64,000 bases of DNA from a virus. Position 1 is the stretch's first letter; every line of letters starts with the position of its first letter. Under the pieces are notes generated by a model that made no database searches, was not told the DNA's origin, and saw only the letters and a program-made list of their open reading frames with translations. Shown piece by piece: positions 37,442 through 49,260 of the stretch. The position numbers and the translations under genes are program-made. Where the stretch lies: the IMG/VR virus record IMGVR_UViG_3300027804_000052, positions 1-64,000 of that record. One strand, given 5' to 3'.

Positions 37442-40400
37442 ATGGCTGAAACTTCAACTCAAACTTTAGTAACTCCCTTCATGAAGGAGTTGACGGTACA
37501 AAAATACAATGCAATAGTGTCCGACGTTAATACTCTGTTGGAAGTTGCTTCTGCTGGACTAAAGGAACTCAAAAGGGTTATTTATGCAGACTCAAGTTCT
37601 GATTTTAAAAAAAGTTTTGATAATAAAAATGATAAAAATAACGTAAATTTTTACTTATGGCCAACATTAATTTCTGGCTACACAGATTCCTTGTATGTTC
37701 AAATCCGTCCAGGAAAACAAAAAACAAGTGAAGAAATTATAAAAATTTATGATAAATATTTTAAGCTACTTTTTGAGGCGGGTTCAGGAAGCTCTTATAC
37801 TTATAATAATAAAAAATATAATCCTCCACAATATCCAGTTTCAGAAAATGGAATATTACAAATAGATGATCAGTATTATAAGTCTTCATACTCACAGTAT
37901 AAAAATGTAAAAACCCAAGACTCCTACGGCGCCGCAGCAATTGCCGACTACATGTTCAGGGCATTTTTAGATAGAGAAAAGTTTACTGATCAACAAGCGG
38001 AAACGTATTTAACTTCCGCTTCAAAAATGTTAAGCGATAAGATACTTAACAATACGCAACTTATGAGCTCTTCTTATTACCTTTCGGTAATGACAGTTCC
38101 AGGAGCAATTGGACGCCTAAGGGCAATTAAAGACAAGCTGCAAAATTATACCGTAGGTGAAAATGACTTTAACTCTAACCCAGAATCTGATACTGCAGAT
38201 AGAGGCAATACTTCACAATTAGAATCTCAATTCAATGGAATGCTCGCAACCGCTGATGTATTGTTTGATATAGAAGAATATATAATTAGAAAAATTCCTT
38301 CATCCTTGTATAGAAATGAGGAATATAAGGATAATATAAAGAGTTCATTTTATCGTTCTTTTATAAAAAATGGTGAAGTACAGGTTTCATCAAATGATAA
38401 ATATTTCAAAAATATTTGGAATAGAATAAAAACTAGTGGTTTATTAGATTTGGCTGTAAGCGCAGCATCAATTGGCGAATTTGCTAAAAAAAGATTTTCT
38501 GTTGGAAACAACCTATTGGACCCAGAACTAGGAAGTTCAAGGCAAGCTTTAGATCCAGTTAAGGATACTATTTGGCTAAATGATTTAGTTATTGTAACTC
38601 AAAATCTTTCAAGAGACCCTTTAACTCTTGCTATAGTGCAGTCATACTTCCCTAATCTTTCTACTTTATTCTTTAATGCGTCAGCAGCAGCAGCAGATTA
38701 CTCTGGTGGTAGCGAAGACGATCCAATTAATAATATAGATGAATTAGCTAAATCTTTACTAAGAGCTTTTGGTACAGACAAAGATGGAAAGCCAATATTT
38801 AAACCAGCTTGGGAATTAATTAATACCGGACAAAGAATTAAAAGTGCACTAGAGGCATTTCCATTTAGGGAAAACATTTCCCCAAAAACTCCAGACATAT
38901 TTCATCTTAGATTAGGTGCGTCAAATTTTTATGTTCCACCAGTCTCTATTAATGTAAGCTCACAGTTTAAAACAGGTAGCTTAACATCCGGTGCTATTAG
39001 ACAAAAAAATAGCCCTAAGTTCAACGCGGGCTATAAGGAAACAACTATAAGCGTAAAATTGTTTTTTCCAAACTATGAAGAAATTTGGGGCTTATCAATA
39101 GATGGCATTAAAGATGTTACTCTTAATAAAGATTTTAAAATAGACTTTAAAGAAGCTGGAAATGAAGAAAAAATAGATAAGTTTCTTTCCTCTCTTAGAG
39201 GTCTTGTGGCGTCATTTAAATATGCTCCAATACTCCCAATAAAAAGTCATTATCTAAATACTGTTCATGGAATTAGTGGCGTAGCACTTTCTTCAATGAG
39301 CATTTCGACTATTCCAAATTATCCGTTTGCCTTAGTTGTAGATCTTGAACTATTAAATTTTAACCATAAGCCATTCTTGCCAATGATTAAAGATTTTAAC
39401 CAAGCTGTTCATTGGGGTAAGTTTAGACATTACATGGGCAAAGCAGCAGGGAGCCTGCATAGTTATATTAACGAATCATTTTTGCTACCAAAACCAGAAG
39501 ACGATGCATTTGATCCGCAGTTTTCAGATCTCCCTGGAGACAGGGCAGTAGAAGTTCTTTCTAATTCACAAGACAATAATTCAATGGAATTAGATTTAAT
39601 TACGGATCCATATAAAGACGATGTGCTTACCACCAATGTAATTAAAGAATATACAAATGGCAATAATATATCTTTGTTTATTCCAGAAAGAATACAAACT
39701 AAGATATTTACTCCAGACTCTTCTTCTTTTAGATCTGATGAAGAAAGATTATTAGACGATACTGGCCAGTCGATGTGGGACTCCCTACTTAAGATGATGG
39801 GAATAGACATTAATCAATCTGCTGGATATCATAGATCTTTAAATTCAGTTGTTCAAACTTCCATAGAAGGTTCAGTAAGCCCCTCTGCAAGAAGAATTGT
39901 TTTAGAAAGTATAGAATTAATTACTGCTGGTATTGGTAAGGATACAATCAATGAAAAAGTATATGATTTTTTCGCTAAAGCATTTGTTGCCGAGAACAAA
40001 TCTAATTTAACTCAACAAGAAATTGATTACGTATTAAAGGATCCAAACAATCCACCAACGCAAGACTATATTACAACAGCAACTACCTTTAAGTATAAGG
40101 GTAAAGATTTAAAGATGGGCGAAAATAACTATAGCCTTAAAGATGTTAGAAATCTTTTTACTCAAGCATCAACAAGTACAGAGGAAACTTTAAATAAGCT
40201 TGCTCAAGAAGAAGCGGAAAGAAAAGCTAATACCACAGGAAGGCCCGTAGAAGATTTTGTAGACCAAGCAAAAGAAGATATAGCTAGAGCGTTTAATGTT
40301 CTTGTATACAATAGATTCTTTAAGAGTGGTCCAATTAAAGAGTTAATGGAAGCTAAGAGATTAAGACAAGCAAACTATCAATTTAATGAATGGGAAGTTC

Positions 40401-43400
40401 CCATGTTTAAAGTAGACCTTGATCCTAAAGCTGTTATCGTAAATGGTGTTTCCGTAACTCTTGGAAACAACCTCGCCAAACTGCAACTTCAAATGCAAGA
40501 AGAGCCAACCTACCAGCATATTGGAGGTAAGGATTCTTATATAAATATTTCAATGACTGTATTTGGAGAAAAAGAATTAATAAAGCTAAGAAAAGTTTTT
40601 GAACATATTAATGGACTAGCTAGAATAGAGCACTCTACTGGTGTTATAGGTTTTATGGGTATCAAGAATATAGTTGCCGCTCTAGCTGGCATTAAGTACG
40701 TAATGCCCTTAAGTTATGAAGTTAATACTATTCCAAATTTTCCACACGTTTATGACGTAAGAATGTCTCTTGTTGACTTTGATATTTTTCAACAGCAAAG
40801 AGAGACACTTTCGTCAAAGCAACAAAAAGATATGATAGAAACATTTGGAACAAAGAGAAACCCATTTTTAAGAATTAAACAGCTATGGGGAGCTTTTAAT
40901 GCATACCCAGATTTCCCTCTTTCTGTAAAAGATTCCAATGGAGAAGTTGTTGGATGTTTAGATCCAGATTATTATTTTAGATCTTTTGAAATGTTTGACG
41001 ATGACATCATCGAACACCTTGCTCCACAGCAAGAAAAAATGAAGTCTTTTACCGTTACTCCAAAGCAACTTAATTCTCAGTCTACGACTGAACAGCAAAA
41101 GAATACTAACAAGATTCTTAATGATATTAAAACTATGGTTCAAAACAATGAGCTAAAGCAACTAAAAGAATATTTTGATAAAGAGCAAATAGGTTTACTT
41201 GAAGCATCTGCATATGTAGAAGGGGCAGTTCGAGAGTTTTTTAAAGGACAAAAGAAAAACCTGTTAATAGATTTTATTAAAGAATATCCAGACGTAGACG
41301 ATAAGACTGCAGTTTTTGGTTTAACAGCTTCTCTTGGTTCTGGAAGTATAAAATTCAACACTGCAGTAGGAGACTTGTCATACAGTGACTCTAGCGCAAC
41401 TCAACAAATTCAAAATATACTTGAAACTAAAGATTTAGTTATTTCAGAAGACGGCTATCTTAGTATTGATCCCGACGAATTAACCATTCATCATACAATT
41501 ACTTATATACCAGCAGAAGAAAACCCCTCAGATGATAAAATGCCAGCCTTCCTATACCATGCAAATGGTTACCATTTAGGTTACGTAAGTAAGTCTAATA
41601 ATAGATTTTATTTTACAATTGACGGAGTAAGGCCAACAAAAGCTAATTCTGGAGATGACACGGATGGAAAGATCAATTTTGTCCCGATCGCTGTTCCATT
41701 TACAGATGCCGATGACCCTAGTAAAACATATAAAAAAGGCGAAGGCAGTGCTCATATAGATTCCCTTAAAGGAGCTGGATCAAACCTAGCAGACTTTAGT
41801 GACCCTTATTCAGGAAGTTCATCTGATTCACCAGAAGTTATGTCTACTCAGGCTGCAAATAGCAATGTTGCAAAGCACTGGGAAAGAATGCTTATAGATA
41901 CAAAGTATAGAGATATCTCAGGAAGAATGATTAGAGCCTTCCCAACGTACATGCTTTGGCTTATTGATGAAGGTGGTTATTTTTCTGGAGTAAAGTTGTT
42001 TGACAACTTCTATGGTCTTCAATCAATTATAGATTTTTCCGTTGTTCAATCTGAAGATATTTTAGGTGATACTTTAATTCTTAGAGTTTCAAATATGTAT
42101 TCCAAGTTAACAACAGCAGAGTCCACTAGAATCTTCGATGCAGAAGAAGAGTTTCAGAATGAACAATTAACACAATTAGATGGAATTGAATCAGTTTTAG
42201 ACAAAGCTCTTAACAGAGCTCGTAATATGGTTGGACACATGGAAAATACATATGTGGTTGACATTAACAGTATAAGGCTCAAACCAGGTGTCAGAGTACA
42301 CTTAAGAGGCGGATATGGAGCTAATCCAAACTCATTGCAAACTATATTTAATGGAACAATTACTTCTGTAGAAAATGGAGAAATAGTAACAATTACTGCT
42401 CAATCAGACGCTATCGAATTGAGCCCAATCGTTAACTCAACAAATAAAAAGGGAGACAGCGGTAAGATCGACGGTGGAATAAACACTGGATTCTGGCTGT
42501 CTGAGCCAAGAGATCTTATGGTTAGACTTTTGACAATGGGTTCATCAAGAACTCGTGAAGCAATAGCGCACGCTACTAGAGGAAGAATATTCTCGGAAAA
42601 TAAGTTTGGCATTAGACACTTTGGTCAAATACTCTATGAGCCACTTAACGATCTAGAAGCTGCAAAAAATGAAGCAGTTGTTTCTCAAGTCAAGGGTATA
42701 TTTGATTCTTTAGGTGAAGCAAATGGAAAAACTTTTGGCATAGGATCTGCTATTAATGTGTTAGCAACTGGTGGAGATCAAGAAAGTGTTTTTGGAGTTG
42801 GTCCAGAAGTAAGGTCTGGTAGCATTTCTTTAATGAGAACATTGTGGGCAAACTTCAGTTCGCAAAGAGATTTTGAAATATTTAAGAGAAATATTTACCC
42901 AGGAAATGGAACAGGAATTGCTCAGTTCCTAGGCGGTGACCTTGGTGACGGATGGTCAACTGTAGCTAGCATTACACCTGAAGATAAACCTAATGAAAGA
43001 CTAAATTACATTGGTAGGTTAACTGATTATTCATGGAATGAAATGACAGCAAATGCTGGCAGTGGAGTTTCAGCCGGAAACACCGATGCTAAAAATTTAA
43101 TAGATGCAAATGGTCAACAAAATGAAGTAAGAAATAATAATAATTCAGCTGGATTTGCCAAGGTAGCTTTAAGCGGCGCTGTTGCAGCTGCTGGCATAGC
43201 CGTAACTGGAGGACTCGGTGCCCCAATAATTGGCGGAATACTCGCTGGTGGTGGTTTAGCTGGAGTTCTAAGCGGAAGAGGTGGAACTAATCTATTCAAC
43301 GCAATGGGCATAACCTCTGGCCTAGATGATGACTTGCCAGGTTTAGATGAAGTTTCTTTTAGAGCACAAACATACATGAGAACTGTATGGGATCTTTTCC

Positions 43401-46400
43401 AAATGTGCGCAAGACTTCTCCCCAATTATATTGTTGCGGTAAGGCCATTTGAAGATAGATCTACAGTATTCTACGGCAAACCACACTGGTTGTATACATC
43501 TGGAGTTGTACCCTTAACTACTGGATATCCGGGCACAAAAAGAGCAGAAGAACTTGGCATATCTTCTCCAAAGGAGTTGGATATAGATACTGTTCTTGAA
43601 AATACAATGAAAGAGCTTAATAAGAACTCTAATCCAATGGCTGATGCTTCCGCTTTTACGCAAGCAGATAGTTCTTTAATATCGATTGAGGATACATTAT
43701 CGCAGCAAATGACAACAACGGAAGGTGGAGTTTTTATACCTGCAGACAAACTAAGGGACAATGCAGGTAAAAGCAGGGTTATAGCTTTTGGCTACAAGTC
43801 AACTATGGAATATAGGGATAATTCTGGAAATGCAATAGCTCAAATTCCAGAATCTTTCGGTTTTGCAACAGTTGGCTTTCACTTGCCTATATCAACAGAA
43901 GATTCAACGCAAATAACTCTTGATGAAAATCAATTAAAAAATCATAAACAAATAGACCAATTACCCCTTAGATATAGATTTCCATTTTTTACTGATAGAG
44001 ATGACAAAGTTGTATTAGAGGACTTTGCATATTATGCACTGGCTGATCAATTGGGCAAATGGGAAAACCACAAAGCTGACTACATGACTTTAGCAATTGA
44101 TAGATGGAGTTACAATGAAGTTGGTGGCACAAAAGAAGAAACAAGGTGGGTAACTTTATTAAAGCTAGAAAGTGAACGCTACGCTGGAGTTAGCAATACA
44201 GTTGATTATTCAGCAGTCGAAAATGCAAACGGAATTCCACTTGCCCTTAAACTTAACGCATCCGGCATGCCGAGTTTTAAAGGAACAGAAACTCAAATAG
44301 CAGATACTTATATATTCCAAGAAAAACTTGGTGCAACAAGTGGATCCTCAGTTATCCGAATGCCACTACCAGACAATCCGGGTTTAATACTTGACTCAAG
44401 TGAAACCAGGGCAGATGTTTATAATATCTTAAAAAATAATCCAGACTTTAATTCAAATGCAGCAGGGTTGAGAGATTGGAAGGCTCCAAAAACTCCAGAG
44501 GACGAACAGTTCTATATTGCCATGAGATGGCCATATAAGCCCTCGGATGGATTTTCCAATGAAAGCATAGAGCAGTTTATACAAAGTCAAGGCGGTTACG
44601 TCCCCGTTGGTAATGCTAAATCATATCAGGAAAGAAAAGTTATGGTTTATAGCCCAAGCACCGGTAAGGCTGTCGTATGTAGACCGGCATACTATCTTTG
44701 GGGCCAAGAGACAGTGAGAATAGCATCTCCATATGACAATACGGTTGAGAATGGAAATAGCACCGTATTTTCTACAGATAAATTTGGAAATACTGTGAGA
44801 TCAAAACTTGACACCGGATCTCACTTCGGGGTTGGTGGCACTAACGCACTTCAGCTCGGAAAAGAAGCCCACCTCAGCGCAGTAGTCTCTCCTGACGCAG
44901 CGTACTATCTTGGTATGTTAAATCTTACGCAAAGTGAAAAAACTTTTTGGTCAGATGGAAGAAGTTCAAAATCAGAAGGCGACTGGCATGGAGCAGAAGA
45001 CTCCATACAAATAACTGCTGCTACCGGAATTGCTCCTTTCCCAATTCCAAGAAAATGCTATTATGCTTTTGTTCCAGACGATATGCCCGTAGGCGTTGTT
45101 CCGGATATAGTGCTTCCAGTAGATGAATTTGCTGCTCCTGGAGAAGAAGTTGTTCATGAGTTTGGTGGTGATAAAAAGATTATTTCTTTTGGAGTATTTA
45201 AGGGCAAGAGATTAACTAGAGTAAATCAAAGCTATAGTCCCACCGCACCTTCTGATGGAGATGCATTTTTTGAATTCCGCTTAGCTGATAGTGTTGATAT
45301 CGTCGATGCTATCAATTCAATTGGAAAACTAGAAATAGCTGGAAATATTCTTGGCGAAAATGGCGAGTTTGGTCCAGGAACAAAAGATTATTTTGATTTA
45401 GTTAAAAACGGTAATTACGAAGATTTAGATAATCTAAAAAACGTATTAAAAGAAGAAAAAAAAGATAGATCAAGTTTTGCTGGAAAAAGATTTTCTCCAA
45501 TTTTTGATGAAGCTGAACCAAAGTCTGTAGAAGCCAGAAAGTTTTATGACGAAGATTACTCTCAAGAAGTGTCAGTTATTGCAGGCAACGGCAGAACTTT
45601 ACAACAGGCGATAGAAATATGGGACCAATTTAGGTCTGGTTATCATACATACGCAAAAGTTAAAGAAGCTTTCCAGAGAGCTTATGGTCTTCCAGCAGAT
45701 GGTCCAGAAAGTGAACAAGAAATTGGAAGCTATCTTAGTGCAGGGTTCGGGCTTGCATCAAAGTTAGGTGATCAAGGAGTTACTACTGGAAATCAAAGTG
45801 GAAGACAATATATTGACAATCTTGAAAAAAGATACTCTACGCAAAATGCAGACAGTCAAGAATCAACAGCTGCTACAAATAAGAGTGTAAATAATTTATT
45901 TAAAAATTATGGAGACTCAGGCGGAACAGCAGAAGATGAATTTTCTTTACTTTTTGGTGATAGGTTTTTAGATTCACCTGACGTTCAAGGGCCAGCTTTA
46001 CAGAATGGACAGGCTGTATACGCGCAAAAAATTGTTTCAGAAAAAACTAGACAAGGTTTAGAAACTGCAAGAAAAAGTTTTATTGATAATCCGGATTCAA
46101 GCGTTGGTTTAATAAGTTACTTTAATGATTTATTAAATGATAAATTAGACAAAATATTAGGAATTATTAGAGAGTCTTTAACTTTATCTGGGGTCTCTGA
46201 AAAAGAGGATCAAGATCAGTACATTGCATCAATTAAAACATCAAGGCAATTATTTTTGTTTATGGTTGGCGCATTTAGAAACAGAATGTGGTCTGATCCA
46301 TACGCAAGAGCTTGGTTAGTGTTAAAACCTAACCGAAAATTTGCTGGCGATGATAACTGGGACTTTACTCCAGTTCTAAAAATTTTTCAAGCTTACATTG

Positions 46401-49258
46401 ATCCAAATGAAGATTATGGTAAGAGTAAAGATAAGTTTACTAAACTACTTGCACAAAATAGATCAGAAGGAAGTAGTGCAACAAACTTTATCGGCAAATG
46501 GGGTGAAGATGTTAGTGGTTTTTGGGACAAAAATATAGGACCACTTTTTACCGCTTTAGGCGATTCTCTTAGCGGTTTAGTAAACCTGTTTAGAATGTCT
46601 ATGATGCAGCTTGGTTATGGTCTTTCTCAGGTTGGGCAGATGTCCAAACAGGCAAACATTCTTAATAAAGTTTTAAATGATTCAATTTATTATTCATTAG
46701 GCAGACCAGGATCTCTTTTAAGGGCAGTGGATAATCCATTTACTAGAGAGTACGCAGAACCCGTTATTGAAATTAGACAACCTTTCCAAAGAGTTCATTA
46801 CTTAAGTTCTTTCTCGCATATTTTAGCAAATGGGATAACAGAAAATCTTAATGGCGTTGCAACAATGGTTACTGCAGTATCAGATGGCAAGTATCCTGTA
46901 ACCGTTGCTATGGATAAGTCTGCTCCAGCAGAAAGGCAAGTTGAAAAAACTGTTGAAACTGGTCTATTCTTTGATAATGCTACAGGTTCTGGATTATTTG
47001 GAGCACTTCATCCAATACTTCATCCATTTGAGTTTGCTAGAGGAATCTCAAAATTTGCTCAAGGAACTCCAGATGAAATGCTTGCAAGAAGAGTGGCTTT
47101 GGCGCATTTGAAAGATTCGCTAAAGGATATATACACGGGCGAAATAGTTATCATAGGAAATGCTGACATAAGACCTCACGATCTTGTTTATTTGGCAGAT
47201 GTGTATGAAAGAATGTATGGTATGTTTGAGGTCGAACAGGTTGTACACCACTTTACGTCTGAATTAGGTTTTGTTACTTCAATAACGCCAAATGCATTAG
47301 TTACAGTTAATGATCCAGCAAAATGGTTTATGTCATCTTGGATTGGAACATGGATGCATATGCAGTCATTAAGAAATGACACAAGGCTTTACATGAGTTC
47401 TCTTGGTTCGGGGATAAATTCTATGTCTCAGATTAGCGTTGATGGACTAGCTGATTCTCTCCAAACACAAATGGTTGGAGGAATTCAGTTTACACACGGA
47501 GCTGCAGCTTTAACAAAAGATATTATGGCTCATTTTAGTTCTGAAGGAATTAATGATATTAACACTCAAGTAAAAGGTCTTGTTGCGCAAGGTTCAGCAG
47601 CAGCTTCTGGGCAAATTGCCCTTGGAGGAATGGGGGCAATGTGGGCTGGAGCTACAGCATTGGGAGCAAGCGCAGTCGGCATAGCTTCTATGGCCATACC
47701 GGGAGCGGGCGCTTTGGTAAAGGGACTTTCACTTGGCCTTGGAGCTGGTGTTGGGGGAAATCTGGCCTGGAAAGGCTGGAGCTGGATGAGAGATAACGTT
47801 CTCGACCAGCACGGATGCTATATTCAGTATCTTAATAAAAACGGTAAAGCAATGGACTCTGGTCTAGGGCTAAGCGGTCAAGGCATGGTAGTTGGAAGGT
47901 ATCATACAAAGAAGCTTCTTCCTGGAATTCTTGGCGTGTCTTCAAAGATTAAGACCGCAGAAGGTTATTCCTATATTAGGACAAATGATTTACTTTCTAA
48001 ATTGGGATGGAAAGAAAAAGAAATTAACGATTTAGTAAGATATATTGACTTCGAAAATGCTTTAGTTAATACTCAGGTTTTAAAATATTCTGGAATAGGA
48101 CCAGAAAAAGCTGGATTAAATAGATTCTTTAAAGTCATATGCAAGGTTGAAGAAATTATAGACGGTGATACTATAAATGTTGTTGACCTTTTAGATACAT
48201 CTGGTAAAAAGTTTAAAATAAGATTTGATGGAATAAACACACCAGAAATAAATGTTATTTCAACAGATATTCACACAAGCGGAAAAACTGCAAATATTAC
48301 AAATGTTTCAATTAATTCTAAAAAAGCAACAATTACAACAGAGGCTAACCATAATTTTGGTGTAGATGAGATTTGCGTTATCGCAATAGATAATCCTGGT
48401 GGATTCTATATTTTAAACAGTTCTGCAAAGATTGAAGCAACACCAACGCCTAATACATTTGTAATTGCTACGAGCCTCCCAGATAACAGCGCTGCAAAAA
48501 CAGGAAAAGTTAGAGTATACGCAAGAAATTCTGGTGAGTTTGTGAACTCTTCATCTCCAGGTGGCAAAGCAAAGATGTTTACTAGAAATGCATTAAAGGA
48601 TAAAATATTTGTTCTTAGAGTTTCTCCAGAAAATGTAACAGCTTCTTTTACTGAAAATGATTTTGAAGCCGGTTCAGCGAAATCGATAGAAAGAAGACTA
48701 ATAAATGGAGAACCAGTTCCAGTGTATTATGATAAAGACGTATATGGAGAAAGAGTTTTGGGAGTTATTTTTTATAAAACACCAACTCAAGCATTAGAAA
48801 CAATAATAAGAGAAGCAAATTCTTTGTTTGATAAATATAAGAAAGCCTCTTCCGCTGATCTATTGGCACAGCTTGCTTCAAGTTTTTCTCCAGGAGTATT
48901 TTCTGATAGATACTCCGATCTTACTTCAAAAGCTAAAGATATTAATAAAACTGATTACTTTACACAGTACGCAAGTTCAACAATACAAGGCGTATCGGCA
49001 ACAATGAAACAAACATACAATGCTTATATTACCCTTAGGCTTACGGAATATATTTATGAAAGAGTCTCTGAATGGCCAAATGTCGAATGGGACGAGTACT
49101 ATGATGACGGAACCCCAGTATCTTTAAACTGGGAACTAGTTGTCAACAATTTAGCTAAGGTATACACAGCTAATATGCGTATTGAGCAGCCATCCGTAAT
49201 AGATTCTTACGAAAATGCTGCTATTCCAAGCCAAGTTACAGTTAATAGGAATAATTAA
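37442..49258 (+). CDS. giant baseplate hub/tail-tip protein (3938 aa) with C-terminal thermonuclease-like domain
   Basis: Hub-like motifs LKPGVRVHLRGGYG...IFNGTITSV and GEIVIIGNADIRPHD...FEVEQVVHHF...GFVTSITP; SNase-like IIDGDTI, IRFDGINTPE, DVYGERVLG. Confidence 0.7.
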   Translation: MAETSTQTLVTPFMKELTVQKYNAIVSDVNTLLEVASAGLKELKRVIYADSSSDFKKSFDNKNDKNNVNFYLWPTLISGYTDSLYVQIRPGKQKTSEEIIKIYDKYFKLLFEAGSGSSYTYNNKKYNPPQYPVSENGILQIDDQYYKSSYSQYKNVKTQDSYGAAAIADYMFRAFLDREKFTDQQAETYLTSASKMLSDKILNNTQLMSSSYYLSVMTVPGAIGRLRAIKDKLQNYTVGENDFNSNPESDTADRGNTSQLESQFNGMLATADVLFDIEEYIIRKIPSSLYRNEEYKDNIKSSFYRSFIKNGEVQVSSNDKYFKNIWNRIKTSGLLDLAVSAASIGEFAKKRFSVGNNLLDPELGSSRQALDPVKDTIWLNDLVIVTQNLSRDPLTLAIVQSYFPNLSTLFFNASAAAADYSGGSEDDPINNIDELAKSLLRAFGTDKDGKPIFKPAWELINTGQRIKSALEAFPFRENISPKTPDIFHLRLGASNFYVPPVSINVSSQFKTGSLTSGAIRQKNSPKFNAGYKETTISVKLFFPNYEEIWGLSIDGIKDVTLNKDFKIDFKEAGNEEKIDKFLSSLRGLVASFKYAPILPIKSHYLNTVHGISGVALSSMSISTIPNYPFALVVDLELLNFNHKPFLPMIKDFNQAVHWGKFRHYMGKAAGSLHSYINESFLLPKPEDDAFDPQFSDLPGDRAVEVLSNSQDNNSMELDLITDPYKDDVLTTNVIKEYTNGNNISLFIPERIQTKIFTPDSSSFRSDEERLLDDTGQSMWDSLLKMMGIDINQSAGYHRSLNSVVQTSIEGSVSPSARRIVLESIELITAGIGKDTINEKVYDFFAKAFVAENKSNLTQQEIDYVLKDPNNPPTQDYITTATTFKYKGKDLKMGENNYSLKDVRNLFTQASTSTEETLNKLAQEEAERKANTTGRPVEDFVDQAKEDIARAFNVLVYNRFFKSGPIKELMEAKRLRQANYQFNEWEVPMFKVDLDPKAVIVNGVSVTLGNNLAKLQLQMQEEPTYQHIGGKDSYINISMTVFGEKELIKLRKVFEHINGLARIEHSTGVIGFMGIKNIVAALAGIKYVMPLSYEVNTIPNFPHVYDVRMSLVDFDIFQQQRETLSSKQQKDMIETFGTKRNPFLRIKQLWGAFNAYPDFPLSVKDSNGEVVGCLDPDYYFRSFEMFDDDIIEHLAPQQEKMKSFTVTPKQLNSQSTTEQQKNTNKILNDIKTMVQNNELKQLKEYFDKEQIGLLEASAYVEGAVREFFKGQKKNLLIDFIKEYPDVDDKTAVFGLTASLGSGSIKFNTAVGDLSYSDSSATQQIQNILETKDLVISEDGYLSIDPDELTIHHTITYIPAEENPSDDKMPAFLYHANGYHLGYVSKSNNRFYFTIDGVRPTKANSGDDTDGKINFVPIAVPFTDADDPSKTYKKGEGSAHIDSLKGAGSNLADFSDPYSGSSSDSPEVMSTQAANSNVAKHWERMLIDTKYRDISGRMIRAFPTYMLWLIDEGGYFSGVKLFDNFYGLQSIIDFSVVQSEDILGDTLILRVSNMYSKLTTAESTRIFDAEEEFQNEQLTQLDGIESVLDKALNRARNMVGHMENTYVVDINSIRLKPGVRVHLRGGYGANPNSLQTIFNGTITSVENGEIVTITAQSDAIELSPIVNSTNKKGDSGKIDGGINTGFWLSEPRDLMVRLLTMGSSRTREAIAHATRGRIFSENKFGIRHFGQILYEPLNDLEAAKNEAVVSQVKGIFDSLGEANGKTFGIGSAINVLATGGDQESVFGVGPEVRSGSISLMRTLWANFSSQRDFEIFKRNIYPGNGTGIAQFLGGDLGDGWSTVASITPEDKPNERLNYIGRLTDYSWNEMTANAGSGVSAGNTDAKNLIDANGQQNEVRNNNNSAGFAKVALSGAVAAAGIAVTGGLGAPIIGGILAGGGLAGVLSGRGGTNLFNAMGITSGLDDDLPGLDEVSFRAQTYMRTVWDLFQMCARLLPNYIVAVRPFEDRSTVFYGKPHWLYTSGVVPLTTGYPGTKRAEELGISSPKELDIDTVLENTMKELNKNSNPMADASAFTQADSSLISIEDTLSQQMTTTEGGVFIPADKLRDNAGKSRVIAFGYKSTMEYRDNSGNAIAQIPESFGFATVGFHLPISTEDSTQITLDENQLKNHKQIDQLPLRYRFPFFTDRDDKVVLEDFAYYALADQLGKWENHKADYMTLAIDRWSYNEVGGTKEETRWVTLLKLESERYAGVSNTVDYSAVENANGIPLALKLNASGMPSFKGTETQIADTYIFQEKLGATSGSSVIRMPLPDNPGLILDSSETRADVYNILKNNPDFNSNAAGLRDWKAPKTPEDEQFYIAMRWPYKPSDGFSNESIEQFIQSQGGYVPVGNAKSYQERKVMVYSPSTGKAVVCRPAYYLWGQETVRIASPYDNTVENGNSTVFSTDKFGNTVRSKLDTGSHFGVGGTNALQLGKEAHLSAVVSPDAAYYLGMLNLTQSEKTFWSDGRSSKSEGDWHGAEDSIQITAATGIAPFPIPRKCYYAFVPDDMPVGVVPDIVLPVDEFAAPGEEVVHEFGGDKKIISFGVFKGKRLTRVNQSYSPTAPSDGDAFFEFRLADSVDIVDAINSIGKLEIAGNILGENGEFGPGTKDYFDLVKNGNYEDLDNLKNVLKEEKKDRSSFAGKRFSPIFDEAEPKSVEARKFYDEDYSQEVSVIAGNGRTLQQAIEIWDQFRSGYHTYAKVKEAFQRAYGLPADGPESEQEIGSYLSAGFGLASKLGDQGVTTGNQSGRQYIDNLEKRYSTQNADSQESTAATNKSVNNLFKNYGDSGGTAEDEFSLLFGDRFLDSPDVQGPALQNGQAVYAQKIVSEKTRQGLETARKSFIDNPDSSVGLISYFNDLLNDKLDKILGIIRESLTLSGVSEKEDQDQYIASIKTSRQLFLFMVGAFRNRMWSDPYARAWLVLKPNRKFAGDDNWDFTPVLKIFQAYIDPNEDYGKSKDKFTKLLAQNRSEGSSATNFIGKWGEDVSGFWDKNIGPLFTALGDSLSGLVNLFRMSMMQLGYGLSQVGQMSKQANILNKVLNDSIYYSLGRPGSLLRAVDNPFTREYAEPVIEIRQPFQRVHYLSSFSHILANGITENLNGVATMVTAVSDGKYPVTVAMDKSAPAERQVEKTVETGLFFDNATGSGLFGALHPILHPFEFARGISKFAQGTPDEMLARRVALAHLKDSLKDIYTGEIVIIGNADIRPHDLVYLADVYERMYGMFEVEQVVHHFTSELGFVTSITPNALVTVNDPAKWFMSSWIGTWMHMQSLRNDTRLYMSSLGSGINSMSQISVDGLADSLQTQMVGGIQFTHGAAALTKDIMAHFSSEGINDINTQVKGLVAQGSAAASGQIALGGMGAMWAGATALGASAVGIASMAIPGAGALVKGLSLGLGAGVGGNLAWKGWSWMRDNVLDQHGCYIQYLNKNGKAMDSGLGLSGQGMVVGRYHTKKLLPGILGVSSKIKTAEGYSYIRTNDLLSKLGWKEKEINDLVRYIDFENALVNTQVLKYSGIGPEKAGLNRFFKVICKVEEIIDGDTINVVDLLDTSGKKFKIRFDGINTPEINVISTDIHTSGKTANITNVSINSKKATITTEANHNFGVDEICVIAIDNPGGFYILNSSAKIEATPTPNTFVIATSLPDNSAAKTGKVRVYARNSGEFVNSSSPGGKAKMFTRNALKDKIFVLRVSPENVTASFTENDFEAGSAKSIERRLINGEPVPVYYDKDVYGERVLGVIFYKTPTQALETIIREANSLFDKYKKASSADLLAQLASSFSPGVFSDRYSDLTSKAKDINKTDYFTQYASSTIQGVSATMKQTYNAYITLRLTEYIYERVSEWPNVEWDEYYDDGTPVSLNWELVVNNLAKVYTANMRIEQPSVIDSYENAAIPSQVTVNRNN

Positions 49259-49260
49259 AA

